Shown piece after piece: positions 25,405 to 38,450 of a DNA stretch of 64,000 nt. The position numbers were made by a program, and so were the translations under genes. The stretch spans positions 76,200,001 to 76,264,000 of the forward strand of contig CM052817.1 in the NCBI GenBank assembly GCA_028534125.1, read 5' to 3'. The stretch's first letter is position 1, and each line of letters starts with the position of its first letter. This stretch comes from Lama glama. Taxonomy: Eukaryota. Under the pieces are notes generated by a model, which worked only from the letters and a program-made list of their open reading frames with translations, ran no database searches and was not told the origin of the DNA.

Positions 25405-27389
25405 TATTCAAAAATCAGTTGCATTTCTTTACACTAACGATGAATCAACAGGAAAAGAAAATAAAGAAACAATCCCCTTTAAAATAGCACCCAAAGTAAT
25501 AAAATACCTAGGAATAAATCTAACCAAGGAGGTGAAAGAATTATACACAGAAAACTATAAACCATTGATGAAGGAAAATAAAGAAGACTTTAAAAAAATG
25601 GAGAGATATCCCATGCTCCTGGATTAGAAGAACCAATATTGTTAAAATGGTCACACTGCCCAAGGCAATCTACAGATTTAATGCAATCCCTATCAAATTA
25701 CCCAGGACATATTTCACAGAACTAGAACAAATCATAATACAATTTATATCAAAGACCTAGAATTGCCAAAGCATTACTGAAGAGAAAGAAAGAGGCTGGA
25801 GGAATAACTCTTCCCAACTTCAGACAATACTATAGAGCTACAGTCATCAAGACAGCATGGTATTGGTACAAAAACAGACATATAGACCAATGGAACAGAA
25901 CAGAGAGCCCAGAAATGAACCCACAAACTTTTGGCCAACTAATCTTTGACGAAGGAGGCAAGAATATACAATGGAATAAAGACACTCTCTTCAGAAAATG
26001 GTGTTGGGAAAACTGGACAACAGCATGTAAAACAATGAAGGTAGAACACTCCCTTACACCATACACAAAAATAAACTCAAAATGGATCAAAGACTTAAAC
26101 ATAAGACAAGGTACAATAAACCTCCTAGAAGAAAATACAGGCAAAACATTATCTGACATACATCTCAAAAATGTTCTCCTAGAACAGTCTACTCAAGCAA
26201 TAGAAATAAAAGCAAGAATAAACAAATGGGACCTAATGAAACTTACAAGCTTCTGCACAGAAAAGGATACCATAAGTAAAACAAAAAGACAACCTACGGA
26301 AAGGTAAAACATTTTTGCAAATGAAACTGACAAAGGCTTGATCTCCAGAATATATAAGAAGCTCACACGACTTAATAAGGAAAAAACCAACAACCCAATC
26401 CAAAAATGGGCAGAAGACCTAAACAAGCAATTCTCCAAGGCAGACATACAAATAATAGGCACATGAAAAAAAATGCTCAATATTACTAATTATCAGAGAA
26501 ATGCAAATCAAAACTACAATGAGGTATCACCTCATACCAGTCAGAATGGCCATCATTCAAAAATCCACAAATGGCAAATGCTGGAGAGGCTGTGGAGAAA
26601 AGGGAACCCTCCTACACTGCTGTTAGGAATGTAGTTTGGTGCAGCCACTGTGGAAAACACTGTGGAGATTCCTCAAAAGACTAGGAACAGACTTACCATA
26701 TGACCCAGGAATCCTGCTCTTGGGCATATATCCAGAAGGAACCGTACTTCAAAATGACACCTGCACCCCAATGTTCATAGCAGCACTATTTACAATAGCC
26801 AAGACATGGAAACAGCCTAAATGTCCATCAGCAGATGACTGGATAAAGAAGAAGTGGTATATTTACACAATGGAATACTCTTCAGCCATAAAAACTGACA
26901 ACATAACACCATTTGCAGCAACATGGATGCTCCTGGAGAATGTCATTCTAAGTGAAGTAAGCCAGAAAGAGAAAGAAAAATACCATATGAGATTGCTCAT
27001 ATGTGGAATTAAAAAAACAAACAAACAAACAAACAAAATAAACAAAACAAATGAAAAACATAAATACAAAACAGAAACAGACTCATAGCCATAGAATACA
27101 AACTTGTGGTGGCCAAAGGGGCTGGGGGTGGGAAGGGATAGACTGGGATTTCAAAATGTAGAAGAGATAAACAAGATTATACTGTATAGCACAGGGAAAT
27201 ATATACAAGATCTTATGTTAGCTCACAGAGAAAAAGGTGTAATGATGAATGTGTGTATGTTCATGTATAATTGAAGAATTGGGCTCTGTACTGGAATTTA
27301 ACACAACATTATAGACTTATTATAAATCAATAAAAACTGTTAAAAATAAATAAAGAAATAAATGAGCAAGACAAAATTTAAAAAAAAAT
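25405..27389 (+). mobile_element. Young 5'-truncated L1 (3' part of ORF2 plus 3' UTR and A-tail)
   Basis: ORFs 25352-25627, 25915-26307 and 26636-27088 are frameshifted ORF2 pieces (QKSVAFLYTN, KYLGINLTKEVK, CTPMFIAALFTIAK); flanked by aagtgcatgaaag copies. Confidence 0.95.
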
Positions 27390-27402
27390 AAGTGCATGAA
27401 AG

Positions 27403-27917
27403 CATAGAAGCAACCTAATGTCCATCAACAGATGCCTGGATAAATTTATACAATGGAATACTACTCAGCCATAAAAAATAAAATAATGCCATTTGCAGTA
27501 ACATGGATGGACCTGGAGATCATCATTCGAAGTGAAGTAAGCCAGAAAGAGAAAGAAAAATATCATATGATATCACTTATATATAGAATCTAAAAAGAAA
27601 AATAAATACATGAACTAGTTTACAAAACAGAAACAGACTCACAGCCAGAGAAAACAAACTTATAGTTACCAATGGGGAAAGGGGGTGATGAGGGATAAAT
27701 TGGGAGTTCAAGATTTGCAGATACTAACTACTATGTATAAAATAGATAAACGACAAGGTCCTGCTACATAGCACAGGGAACTATACTCAGTATTTTGTAG
27801 TAACCTATAATGAAATAGAATATGATAAGGAATGTATGTATCTAATACTGAAACATTATACTGTACAGCAGAAATTGACACAACATTGTAAACTGATTAT
27901 ACTTCAATAAAAAATAA
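27403..27917 (+). mobile_element. Second 5'-truncated L1 (different 3' UTR), tandem to the previous one
   Basis: gaagcaacctaatgtccatcaacagatg...gggataaattgggagttcaagatttgcag...acttcaataaaaaataat; followed by a third aagtgcatgaaa. Confidence 0.93.
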
Positions 27918-28332
27918 TAAAGTGCATGAAAACCAGTAGAACAAAAATAACTGAATGAAAACTAAATGTAAAAAATCAGAAAAAGAGGCAAAAATCTAAA
28001 ATGGCATGAAACCATCCCCAAGTTGCACATATACAGTCACACATATAAAAACAATTAGTGACTAAAAATACATTTGTAATTGCAACCAAACTGTTTTTGA
28101 CTCTGCAGTAACTGAATATAAATATTTTAACTGTCTTTACTTATTTTCTGGTAACATCTGCATTTTCACCATAATAGTAAAAATGACTAAGTTCAATTGT
28201 CCACAGGCAAATCTTGCTGTTTTTGGATATGTGACAGTAAAGCAAAAACAGAAACAAATCTTTATTGTTGTCATATGACTTATATAATACCTTTAAAGAC
28301 ATCTTACTCATCAATAGATTAAATGTGAGCTT

Positions 28333-28388
28333 TTGAAAATTATCATGCCTTCAAAGCCTTTGAAATTATCGTGCCTTGAAATTATCAT
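28333..28388. repeat. Imperfect short tandem repeat (tgaaattatcatgcct-like) x3
   Basis: Directly visible. Confidence 0.7.
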
Positions 28389-29736
28389 TCTTTGTTTCTA
28401 TTGTCTGAGATCCTGCTGCTATAGAAACTTCCATTATCTATCTTTGTGCCTTTTATTCTTTCTGGCTTCTGGTTGCTGACAATACATTATAGAACCTGAG
28501 ACAAGACAAACAATGGAAATCCTGTGACTTACTGTCATTAGGGAGCACACTACAATTCCCAGGATGCACTTTTACAAAACTTGAAGCCATTCAATTTTAG
28601 GGAAAATAAAATCTTTCCTTAAAATATTAGAGAACTTTAGGAAAAATAGCTTTACTATAAATATTAATATTGTTTCAAAATAGTTGTAACTGAATAGAAT
28701 GTAAATACTAGGAGTTTATTAAATAAATATCATCTCTTCAAAAATATCTTACTTTAAATACCCCAGATATTAAAAAAAATAAACTTCACATATTCTTCTT
28801 CCTTTTAACTAAATCATCTAACTCATTCAAACTTTTCCACTTACGGTGGATAACATATAGAAGGGAGAGCTCCTTCTTAATGGCCGCCTTTCTCCAGTAG
28901 ACCAAACTGACATTCTGAAATAATCTATAGCCTGACTACAGAAAGCTTAAGGGAAATTGAATGCACTCAGCCAGTGAATCTTAGACTAGTGTTCCCCTGT
29001 TATTAATAAAGCGTGTTTGTTTTTCTCTTAAATTCCTGCTTGTTCCCCTATTCATCTGTCTATTATTACACTCAACCCTCAGGTGTTTATAAATCCTCAA
29101 TCTATTGTGAAAATATCCTTAAAAAGATATTTCAGTACTGTGACTTTCTCACGGGATCAAAAAGGAGCTTTGTAACAGAGAAAAGTCTCTTTTATGAGAG
29201 AGAAACTAAAACTATGAAACTCATGAAATAAGACAGTATCACAGGGTAAATCGAAGAGTCTATGGAAGATGCAATGTTAAAACTTTGTCCTGGGAGATTT
29301 ATATCTACTATAGACTTAAATCAACCTGAAAGATATTTCTGTGAACAAAGAAGGAAGGAAATCATTTTAGATTTAAATTTACTATTAAGTTTTAAGTACA
29401 TAACCCTGAGTTCTGCTGCTGGTGATTTCTGCTTACAGAAAGCAACAAATAAATATTTGGGTAAAATTGGTGCAGAGGTCCATTTATCATGTACCAAGCT
29501 CTCTTGATAGCTGTGAGAAACTCCATAATCCTGAGCTAGTTTAACATACAAACTTTAATCAACTTCTGGCTAGAATGGAACTTTCCTATTAACGTATTAA
29601 TCCTCAGAAGAATTATATATATTCATCTTTTAGTGCTTTCAAAGGGTCAATGTGCTTGATAAAATAACTAATTTACTCAAGTTTCACTGAGACGTATAAG
29701 TATTGACAAAAATCACACCATATCTGCTTTCTAGGC

Positions 29737-29962
29737 CAGAGTTTCTCAACCTTGAGACTACTGATATTTTCACGAAGTAATTCTCTGTTGTGAGAGGGTG
29801 TCCTATGCAGTATAAAATACTGATAGCATCCTTGAACTTTATTCATTTGATACCAGTAGGTAGCCCCACATCTCTCAGTTATGATTATCAAAACTGTCTC
29901 CAGACATTGCCAAATGTCTCCTTGGACAAGGGGACAAAATCATCCCTGGTTGAGGATCAATT
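29737..29962 (+). mobile_element. MER20 (hAT-Charlie) non-autonomous DNA transposon
   Basis: cagagtttctcaacctt...tgtctccagacattgccaaatgtc...caaaatcatccctggttgag; length about 225 bp. Confidence 0.88.
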
Positions 29963-30586
29963 ATTTTTGGGCTCATTTGAACTTGTAATTCAGTATGAAT
30001 TGGGATTAGATGAATAATTTAAGGACAAATAATGTTTTAAAGTAACATGAAAATATATGGCCTATAAAAATATGCTTGCAAAGTATACACTGTCAAATTT
30101 CAGCCTGTATCCATCTTTTCTTTAGAGCTACCAAGCTGTTGCTTGGGTAGGAATGTCCCAGACAATTCAGAGAAGAGCTACAACAAAATTACCTAGAGCA
30201 TTACTAAGCATGAGCCTTCATTCTAAATACTGAGGCAATTCCAAAGGAGGATTTTACCTTGGGGGAAGGAAGGTGGGGTACTTAGAAAACTTAATCACGA
30301 GGATGCATGAGATACTTCCAGGAATAGTTGATTAAGACTGGTTTTCAGAAGAGGGAGTAATGCATTTTCAGTTTAGCAGTGGTTGATAGGATGTTTTGTT
30401 ATGTTAAAAATGGCAGGGAAGAAAAGCTCTGGCAAGTCAAGGTCTTTATTTCTACAGTGAACACTTGTCAGTCCTGCAAAATCTTTTCCATATTCCTCTT
30501 TGAAGTCTGGCAATGGTTGTTGCTTTTGAACAAAAGAACTGGGGACTCATGGTCTTCACTTATAAGATTTGTAGGTCTTTCAAGGA

Positions 30587-31145
30587 TGCTATCAAAGCAA
30601 AACTGCATGAGATAAAAGTTAAGTAGGCAAGAAAGGCTTTAATACTACTGCAATAGGGAAAAGAGACTGAACTCAGCTCTGCTAAAACAAAAGGTGGGTG
30701 GAGTTTTAAGCCCTGGAGTGATCCAGTGGGAAAAGTATTGGAGGACATTAGAGGGGAGGTTGACAAATGGAATCTGAGCACATTGCGTTATTCCTTAGTT
30801 GGCAAACGTTTTCCCTGTGATTAGGCCATGTGTGTCTGCTCATTTGTACCCATCAAGATGCTTATCCTTTTGTGGAGACTGTGAGGTAGGGATGCTACAT
30901 CCTTTAATGTTTGCATTTCAAAGAGATGATTTCCAGGTCCTTGAGAAAGACAGTCCCACATTCTAAAACTGGAAGAAAGCTGGAAGAAATGTTACAAACA
31001 TTTAAAGGGACAGAGAAAGAATTAACATTTACAAGTTTTCTAAAAGTAAATGCTCTAAGAAAAGGGAGGTCAGTGACCTACAGTCAGAAACCAACTTGTC
31101 TCAAGTTTAGTTAAGCTGAGGAAAGTATTAAGGCTATCTTGGTCA
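30587..31145 (-). mobile_element. ERV1-class solo LTR (MER89/MER67-like)
   Basis: Reverse complement starts TGACCAAGATAGCCTTAATACTTTCCTCAGCTTAACTAAACTT...CTGACCTCCCTTTTCTTAGAGCATTTACTTTTAGAAAACTTG; about 560 bp. Confidence 0.8.
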
Positions 31146-32604
31146 ATGCTCAAAAAGTGTAATGGATTCATACTTATAAATGGGGTTTGTTATTTTTAGT
31201 TCCTTATAGCTCAAAGCCAGAGGCATCAAATTCTTTCTAGGGATGGTAGAATCCAGCAAAGGAAACAAAATTGTGTTTATACTTGCCTTTCAAAACAGAA
31301 CCTGGTAAAAAGACTTCAGGCAAAATAGCATGGTGTTGCACTGCCAAAACCATCCGCTTGAGAGGAGAACCTTTTTTTTCTAAACTTCAAGTTTTTTCCT
31401 AAATGCCATAAAATAGGATAAACTATCAAAATTCTATAAGAACATTTTTTTCTCATATGAGGAGATAAAAGTCCTTCATCTTTTGTGGGAGTAGAATTTC
31501 AGGGAGAAATTTAGTTGGGATAAAACTGGAGAGAAGATCCTCCCCTTTGAGCGAGTTTTGAGTGACCACCCTTCGCCCTTTTCTGCCAAAACTGGGAAAA
31601 TGTGACAGCCTTCAGGAGAGTTCCAATGAGAAAGAATTTGCTTCTCATTTGACACTCAGATAGAAGAAAATCTTGAAAAATACCAGTGCCAACACGTAGT
31701 GGCTACCTGAGGAAGAATGGCTTAGACAGACAAAGGGAAGGCTCAGGATTATAATTCCTGTTTCTCATGACCTGATTATGGTCTGCAGGAAACTTAACTG
31801 TTCTTTAATGCCACAGTGGGAGAAAAGGCTTAGACAAACTGCATAGGCAAGCAGATCTTAAAGTTTTGGGGTTTGGATAAAAAGATCCCCAAACATGGAG
31901 ATGTCAAAACTAGGGGCATTTGCAGTGATGACAGACACCAGGAGTAGAGAGTCACACACACCCAGAGGGAGGTTTGTATGCATTACATCCCTGGTGGGTG
32001 TCAGAAAGGATTTGGAGAAGAGCATAGGACTGGAGGGCCCTTCCAGTGACAATTTGCCACCTTCCCCTGGAGCTAGGGGCCATCAAGGAAGAAAGAAAAA
32101 ACACAGGACTAGAAAAGACAATGTAAATTGGTATTTTTAAAATTACAACATAGGCAGCATTCTGGAATCCAAAGGGAAAGAAAAAGAATTAAACTAGAAT
32201 AAAGCCTATTTCTCAGTCAGAAATATAATAACACCTTTTATATTAAAAAGTTAATATGGGGTATATGCCTTTCTCTAGCATTTTGTTATTTAAAAGGAGT
32301 TATTTTCTAAACATCCAACAATGTAAAACTAACAAGGAATTATAATTATCCAGGACAAAGTATATTTGATTTAATTAAATAATAAAAATACTGAAATACT
32401 TACTGCTGGCCAGGCTCAGGTATGGGAGCTGAACTTCTGTTATTTCACAACTATCTGTTAGTGTTCTGCTCAAGGCTCCCTGGCTTGTTCACAGGAGGTA
32501 TTAACAATTACCTTGGGTACCATTAGTTTTTATTATCAAAATCATATGCTGCAGCCATTTCAGAATAAAATTACTCATGAGCCAGGCTGGATTAATACAA
32601 CAAT

Positions 32605-33633
32605 TAGGGCTGAATTCTTGGGCATGTGACCTGTAGACAGGCAAGACCAGAGAACCCGGCACTGGGAGGGCTCCAGCCTGGTTAATACTCTGTCATTGTC
32701 CTAACAGTTTTAATAAATTAATCTCAGAACTGCTGTTTTGCAAGTGAATCTAATAGGACAATGGACCAAGCAGAGGAGATACACTCGATATGTGTGTCAG
32801 GAATTCCCTGCCGTCTCACTTGCGTGTGTGCTCAGGAGACCCCGCGAGCACAGGCTCCAGTGGACACACAGTCCACAGGAAAGAGGTTCACCAAGATTCA
32901 AGGCAAGCCCAAGGTAAATGTGTGTAAACTTGAGGCCTGAATCATCCTGGGTACTGACAGCACCAAGAAACCACACTTTCCCCCTGAAACAGAACCTGCT
33001 TTGAATGCACAAAGAAGGCAATGGGGTTCTAAGCTACATGGATAACCAAGGAACCCTCCATATTCTTTCTTACTCATATGTTACTTCCCTGTATTAACGA
33101 ACCCCTTTCGCTGAAATTGATGACACAGAAGGAAAAGGGAAGGTAGGACAACCCTTCATTCCTTTTCCTCTCAGTTCTTCCTTCCTCATCATCAGAAAGC
33201 CGAAAAGGTAGAGGGTGGAGGTTGACGGTGAGTGTATAAAGAACTAAAACAAAAACACTTGAATGAGTTTTGTGTAGTGTTTCCACTGTCCTGGTAAGAA
33301 TGGAATACACATATAGGTACAAGTTAGGAAACACAAGTTGAGAAATTTTGGTGGGTCTGCATGTGAGTAGATGGTAGTGATATTTGTATTTAAAACGGTC
33401 ATTGTACATGATAGAAATGAATGGTAAAATTCATGTTAATTGTTTAAAATGTTAAATGTTCTTTACTTAGAGTGACATTAAATAGCAAATAAAAACATCA
33501 TGAGAAGTCAGAGAGAAAGGGCAGAAAAACCTGGGAAAATCTCTACGTGTTAATACCTTCAACAGCAGCCTTTCCCTGCATTTTGAACTGTTTCATTTCT
33601 CACTGAGCCCCACAAATTGCGTACCTGACCCTG
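32605..33633 (+). mobile_element. MER45B-like hAT-Tip100 DNA transposon
   Basis: Ends taggg ctgaattcttgggcatgtgacctgt... and ...tttcatttctcactgagccccacaaattgcgtacctgaccctg; about 1.03 kb; 5' part homologous to 12171-12330. Confidence 0.8.
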
Positions 33634-34679
33634 ACAGCGTTCTGTGTGGAAAATCTGCTGATTCCTGGATTGTTTTGCTCCTACTGATACTACATTTTAC
33701 CGTTGAGGTTAGAATTCTGACAGAGGTCAACTTTGACAACATCAGAGTGTAGACACGCATTCTCAAAAGCTGCTGTTGAATAATTAAACATATTCTTGAC
33801 TTTGGAAATCAAGGTTGTTTAAAACAGCTCCCTTGAGGCCTATTGAAGAGTTTGATGTCAGTTCTCCTTCTTCTTGGGATTCATATGGTCTAAAACATTC
33901 AGTCTAACCCGAAACAAGCAAAACAGAGAAAAACAAAACAAAGCAAAAACAGAAAAACACTGTGCTGTGCTCTGGCCTTTATGGAACCTGAACAAATGTA
34001 AGCTGATTTCTCAGTGACAATAAAATTGTGGCTATCTGCTCTGTGTATATATAGCTCAGTAGCAACATAAGTAAACTTCGAAAATAGACTTTTCTCTGGA
34101 TAGAGACAAAGTTGCTATCTATATAATACCACTTTTTATCAAAATGATATTTGAGATGCCCTAATATGTTGCAGTATTGTCTTTAACATGTAGTTAACGA
34201 TAAAGTCTCTCACTTTTGAAATTTTTCTGAAACAAAATTGACCAGTAAAAAAATCATGAAAAAAAAGTGTCTAAGCACTTGTCATTATAGCAACTGGAGA
34301 AGCAGTTTCTCGCGTAAATGCCATGCAGCCCATGCTAGCCAAACTCTTTTGCCAAGAGAAATCAGCAAAATATAAGAAAGCACATTCCAGATGCCTGTTC
34401 ATCCTGAAGAAGGTGACAGCAAGACCTGTTCAGAGGTTCAGACTTCGAGACCACAGATCCTGGCAAGGGTAATGCGTCCTAGAGCCCCTCAGTTCCAAAT
34501 TTTTAAAAAGGATTGGATTCTAATCAGTATCTTAGCACTCCCACAACCTGCCATTCAGGGAACTCACCTTCACAATCACAATCAGAGGCTCCCTGTTGTT
34601 ATAGCAGGTACGTTTCACAAGGTTGGGAGAGAAGAGATGAACAGAAGATCATGTGTGATGTTTTTAAAGAAAAGGATGT

Positions 34680-34955
34680 GTGACGTTTCTGTGTTAGGTC
34701 AGAAAAAAAGGCAAAGCAGGGATGTGTTAGGCAAGCTGCCCAACATACAATGCATCGTGCATAAATGAGGAGCTGGGCCGTGCTGCGAAGCGCGGTGACT
34801 TGGAAACCTGACAGATGAGCACAGCTCCAGGGAGGCAGCTCAGAGTGTGATGCTGGCACCCATCACCTGCAGAAAGGCTGGACGCAGCAGCGGATGGCCG
34901 TGGTTAACATAACACGTTGCATCAGCCGAGTTTATGGGCTGGCTTCAGAGTAAGT
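34680..34955 (+). promoter_or_regulatory. Candidate promoter/first exon (CpG-enriched, TATA-like box, 5' splice site)
   Basis: 10 CpGs in 34741-34950; CATAAAT at 34760; TGACGT at 34681; AGA|GTAAGT with GT at 34950; not recognised as a repeat. Confidence 0.35.
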
Positions 34956-35224
34956 GATTCTGCTTCTACATGTAGTGAAATGTCAGATACTGAGATAAGA
35001 CATGTGAGATTTTCCAATAAACCTGTTCACATTGCTTTCATGTGTGCCCATTTCTTGAGAATATCTAAAGAATTGTGCCAATTGCAAATAATTTAGTAGG
35101 AATCAACTAATTAATATGCTGTCCAAAGTATCCAGAATTCTTTTTTTTTCCTTGCTCTGTTTGTATTAGAGGACTGACAACACCCCTAGATCAATAGATT
35201 GATCTATCTATTTATCTATCTATT

Positions 35225-36862
35225 TTTAATTTTAAAAATCACAGTCAAACATTTTTAACTGTACACTTTAGTAGTGTTAACTCTATTTACATTGTTGTGT
35301 GACCAATCTCTAGAACTCTTCATCTTGCAAAATGGAAACTCTATACCTGTTGAACAACTCCCCATTTCTCCTGTACTCATCTCTGCACCACCCCCCACCC
35401 CCAATCCTGGCAACCACCATTCTACTTTCTGTTTCTAAGAGTTTGATTCATATGCTGGAACCATACAGTATTTTTCTATGACTGCTTATTTCACTTAGCA
35501 TAATATCCTCAAATTTCATCCATGTTGTAGCATGTGATGACGTGCTTTCTTTTTTTATAAGGAAGAATACTATTCCACTGTATGTATACACTACAGTTTC
35601 TTATCCATTCATTCATTCATTGGTGGACCTATGTGTTGCTTCCAACTTTTGCCTTTGTGAATAATGCTGCAATGAACATGGGTGTATAAATATCTGTTGA
35701 AGATACTATTTCCAAATTTTTTGGATATACATGTAGAAGTGGGATTGCTAGATCATATGGTAACTCTACTTTTAATTTTTTGAGGACCCTCCATATTGTT
35801 TTCCATAGAAACTCCCCTGTTTTACATTCCCATCTGAAGTGCATGAGGGTTCCAATCTCTCCAAATCCTCAACAATACTTGGTATTTTCTGTTTGTTTTT
35901 TTTTTCTTTTTTGATAGTGTCCATCCTAATGGGTAGGAAATGATACCACATTAGGGTTTTTATTTGCATTTCTCTAATGATTAGTGATACTGAACATCTT
36001 TTCACATGGTTCTTGGCCATTTGTATGTCTGCTTTAAAGAAATGCCTAATCAAATCCTTTGTTCATTTTTTAAATTGAATTATTTGTTTATTTGTTATTG
36101 AGTTATAGCAGTTATCTATATATTCTGCTCGTTAACCCCTAATTAGTACATGATTTACAAATATTTTCTTCTATTTTGTAGGTTGACTTTTCACACCATT
36201 GATTGTTTTTGTTTTCTTGATACACAGTTTTGAGTTTAATGTCTTATTTGTCTATTTTTGCTTTCATTTCCTGTGCTTTGATGTCATATACAAGAAATAA
36301 TTTCCAAATCCAATCTTAAGACTTTCCCCTATATTTTATTCTAGGAGTTTTATAGTTTTAGGTCTTATGTTTATGTCTTTAATCAATTTTTGGTTAAACT
36401 TTGTGTATGGTTTAAGGTACAGGTTCAACTTCATTCTTTTGCCTATGGATATCAAGTTTTCCCAGAGACATTTGTTGAAGAAACTGTCCTTTCCCCATTG
36501 TGTGGTCTTGGCATCTTTGTAAAAACCATTTGACCATACATGCAAGGGTTTATTTCTGGGCTCTCTATTCTGTTTCACTGGTTTATGTGTCTTTCTTTAT
36601 CCTAGTACCACATGTTTTGATTATATTAGCTTTGTAAAATGTTCTTAAATCAGGAAATGTGAGATCTCCAACTTTCTTCTTCTTTTTTTAAGATTATCTT
36701 GGCTATTTGGAGTCCCTTGAAATTCCATATGAATTTTAGGCTTTTTTCCTATTTCTATAAAAAAAAGTCATTGGGATTTTGATAGGGATTGTACTGAATC
36801 TGTAAATTGCTTTGGGTAGTACAGACATTTTAACAATATTACATCTTCCAATCCATGAACAT
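35225..36862 (-). mobile_element. L1MB-like L1, 3' 1.6 kb, antisense
   Basis: 3' UTR accaatctctagaactcttcatcttgcaaaa...aactctatacc; minus-strand ORFs 35629-35844, 35772-36053 and 36336-36578 are ORF2 remnants. Confidence 0.92.
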
Positions 36863-37144
36863 AGTAGCCACAGAATGTAGAATTCTTAGCATATTCTGCA
36901 ACTACTACAAAGTGGGATATAAAGATGAATCTTCAAATAGTCCCAGGACTGTTCTCAAATTTTGCATACTTTTTAAATGTTTATATAGAACAAAAATTAC
37001 ATTTGGTTAAATAAAGGCATCTTTGGAAATCAGACTGTTTTCCTCTATAAAATATGATTCCGTTTATCTAATTTCAGTTTTAAAATGCTTTTCTGCATGA
37101 TAAACAAAACCAGTGTGAAAAGATCCCTACGCACACAGCTCTGT

Positions 37145-37242
37145 CTATGTGTGTGTGTATAATATATACACACACACATAATGATATGTGTATATGCATT
37201 ATATAATATATACACACATATACATATTATATATAGTGTGTG
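37145..37242. repeat. Degenerate TG/TA/CA low-complexity tract
   Basis: Directly visible. Confidence 0.7.
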
Positions 37243-37571
37243 TGATTTAAAAAATAAAAAACTTCATTGCTGAGCTTTAAAATAAGATGAAGGAATTTAC
37301 AACTTCCAGAAACAAAATAGAAACTCAGAAAAGTAAAGTTTGTCAATAGGAGCTGAAGTAGAAAGAAGTATGTGATTCTAAAATACACATATGTATAGGC
37401 CTTAGAGACCAGTTTTAATAACCACACAACATTAGACAATTACTAAGCCTCTTTATTGCAAGGATACAGAAAGACAGTCTAACAGGGATGTGGATGGATG
37501 AAGAATCACAGAGAACCCATATGAACTGTAAGCTTGCCCCATATGCCTTGTGGGGTCTTAATTAATGCTAC

Positions 37572-38012
37572 TATATCAGTTTCTAAGGGCTGTGGTAACA
37601 CAATACCACTAACATGGTAGTTTACAATGGCAGAAATTTATTCTCACACCGTTCTGGAAAACAGAAATCCAAAACCAAGGTGTTGGCAGGGTTGGTTTCT
37701 TCTGCAGATTCTGAGGGAGAATTTATATTTTTCTCTCAGCTTCTGGAGCTGCCCAACAATTCTGGTCTTGTAGTCACATCACTCCAATCTGTCTCCTTCT
37801 TCACATCACCTTCTCTGTATCTGAAATCCATCTCTTATAAGCACATGTGTCATTGGATTTAGGGCCCACTCTACGCCCAAGATGATCTCATTTTGAGATT
37901 CTTCACTTAATTGCACTTGCAAAGATCCTATTTCCAATTAAGATCACATTGACAAGTGCCAGAAGTGATGACTTGGACATGTCTTTCTGAGGCCACTAAT
38001 AAACCACTACCA
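37572..38012 (-). mobile_element. MaLR solo LTR (MLT1C-like)
   Basis: cagaaatttattctcac...ttctgga...caaggtgttggcagggttgg...cattggatttagggcccac...gatgatctcat...ctatttccaa. Confidence 0.88.
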
Positions 38013-38327
38013 ACATCGTTATCAGAATAGGAATCCAGGAATTAACATAATGTCAGTCCAGAATAGTGAAACCTTCAGAACCTGGCAAAGGCAAACACAA
38101 AATCTTGTCTGGACAACTCAGGACGGTAGGAAGCCCAATGAAAAATGACCTGAATTTACAGTTATTAACCATATGAGAGAAAGGAAAACACAATCTTCTC
38201 ACCTTAAATAAGAAAAAGATTGTGTTTAAAATAGTCAGATGAAAAACAGACATTCTACTGTCACAGTGCATCCTCTTCCAAATGTCCACTGAGGCAAATC
38301 AGGAGAATAGGGCATATTCATGTCTTG

Positions 38328-38450
38328 ATTTTCTTTCTTCACTTTCCCTCTCTCATTCCCACTCCTTGTTCTCTTTCTTGTCTCTCTCTTTCTCCTCCCC
38401 ATCTTCCTTTTTCTCCTCTTCCTCCTTTTCCTCTTTCTCTTCTTTCTTAA
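38328..38450. repeat. Polypyrimidine (CT-rich) low-complexity tract
   Basis: About 120 bp almost purely C/T. Confidence 0.85.

Noticed and set aside
25352..27088. Protein-coding gene from several ORFs
   Set aside because: Frameshifted L1 ORF2 fragments of a 5'-truncated copy
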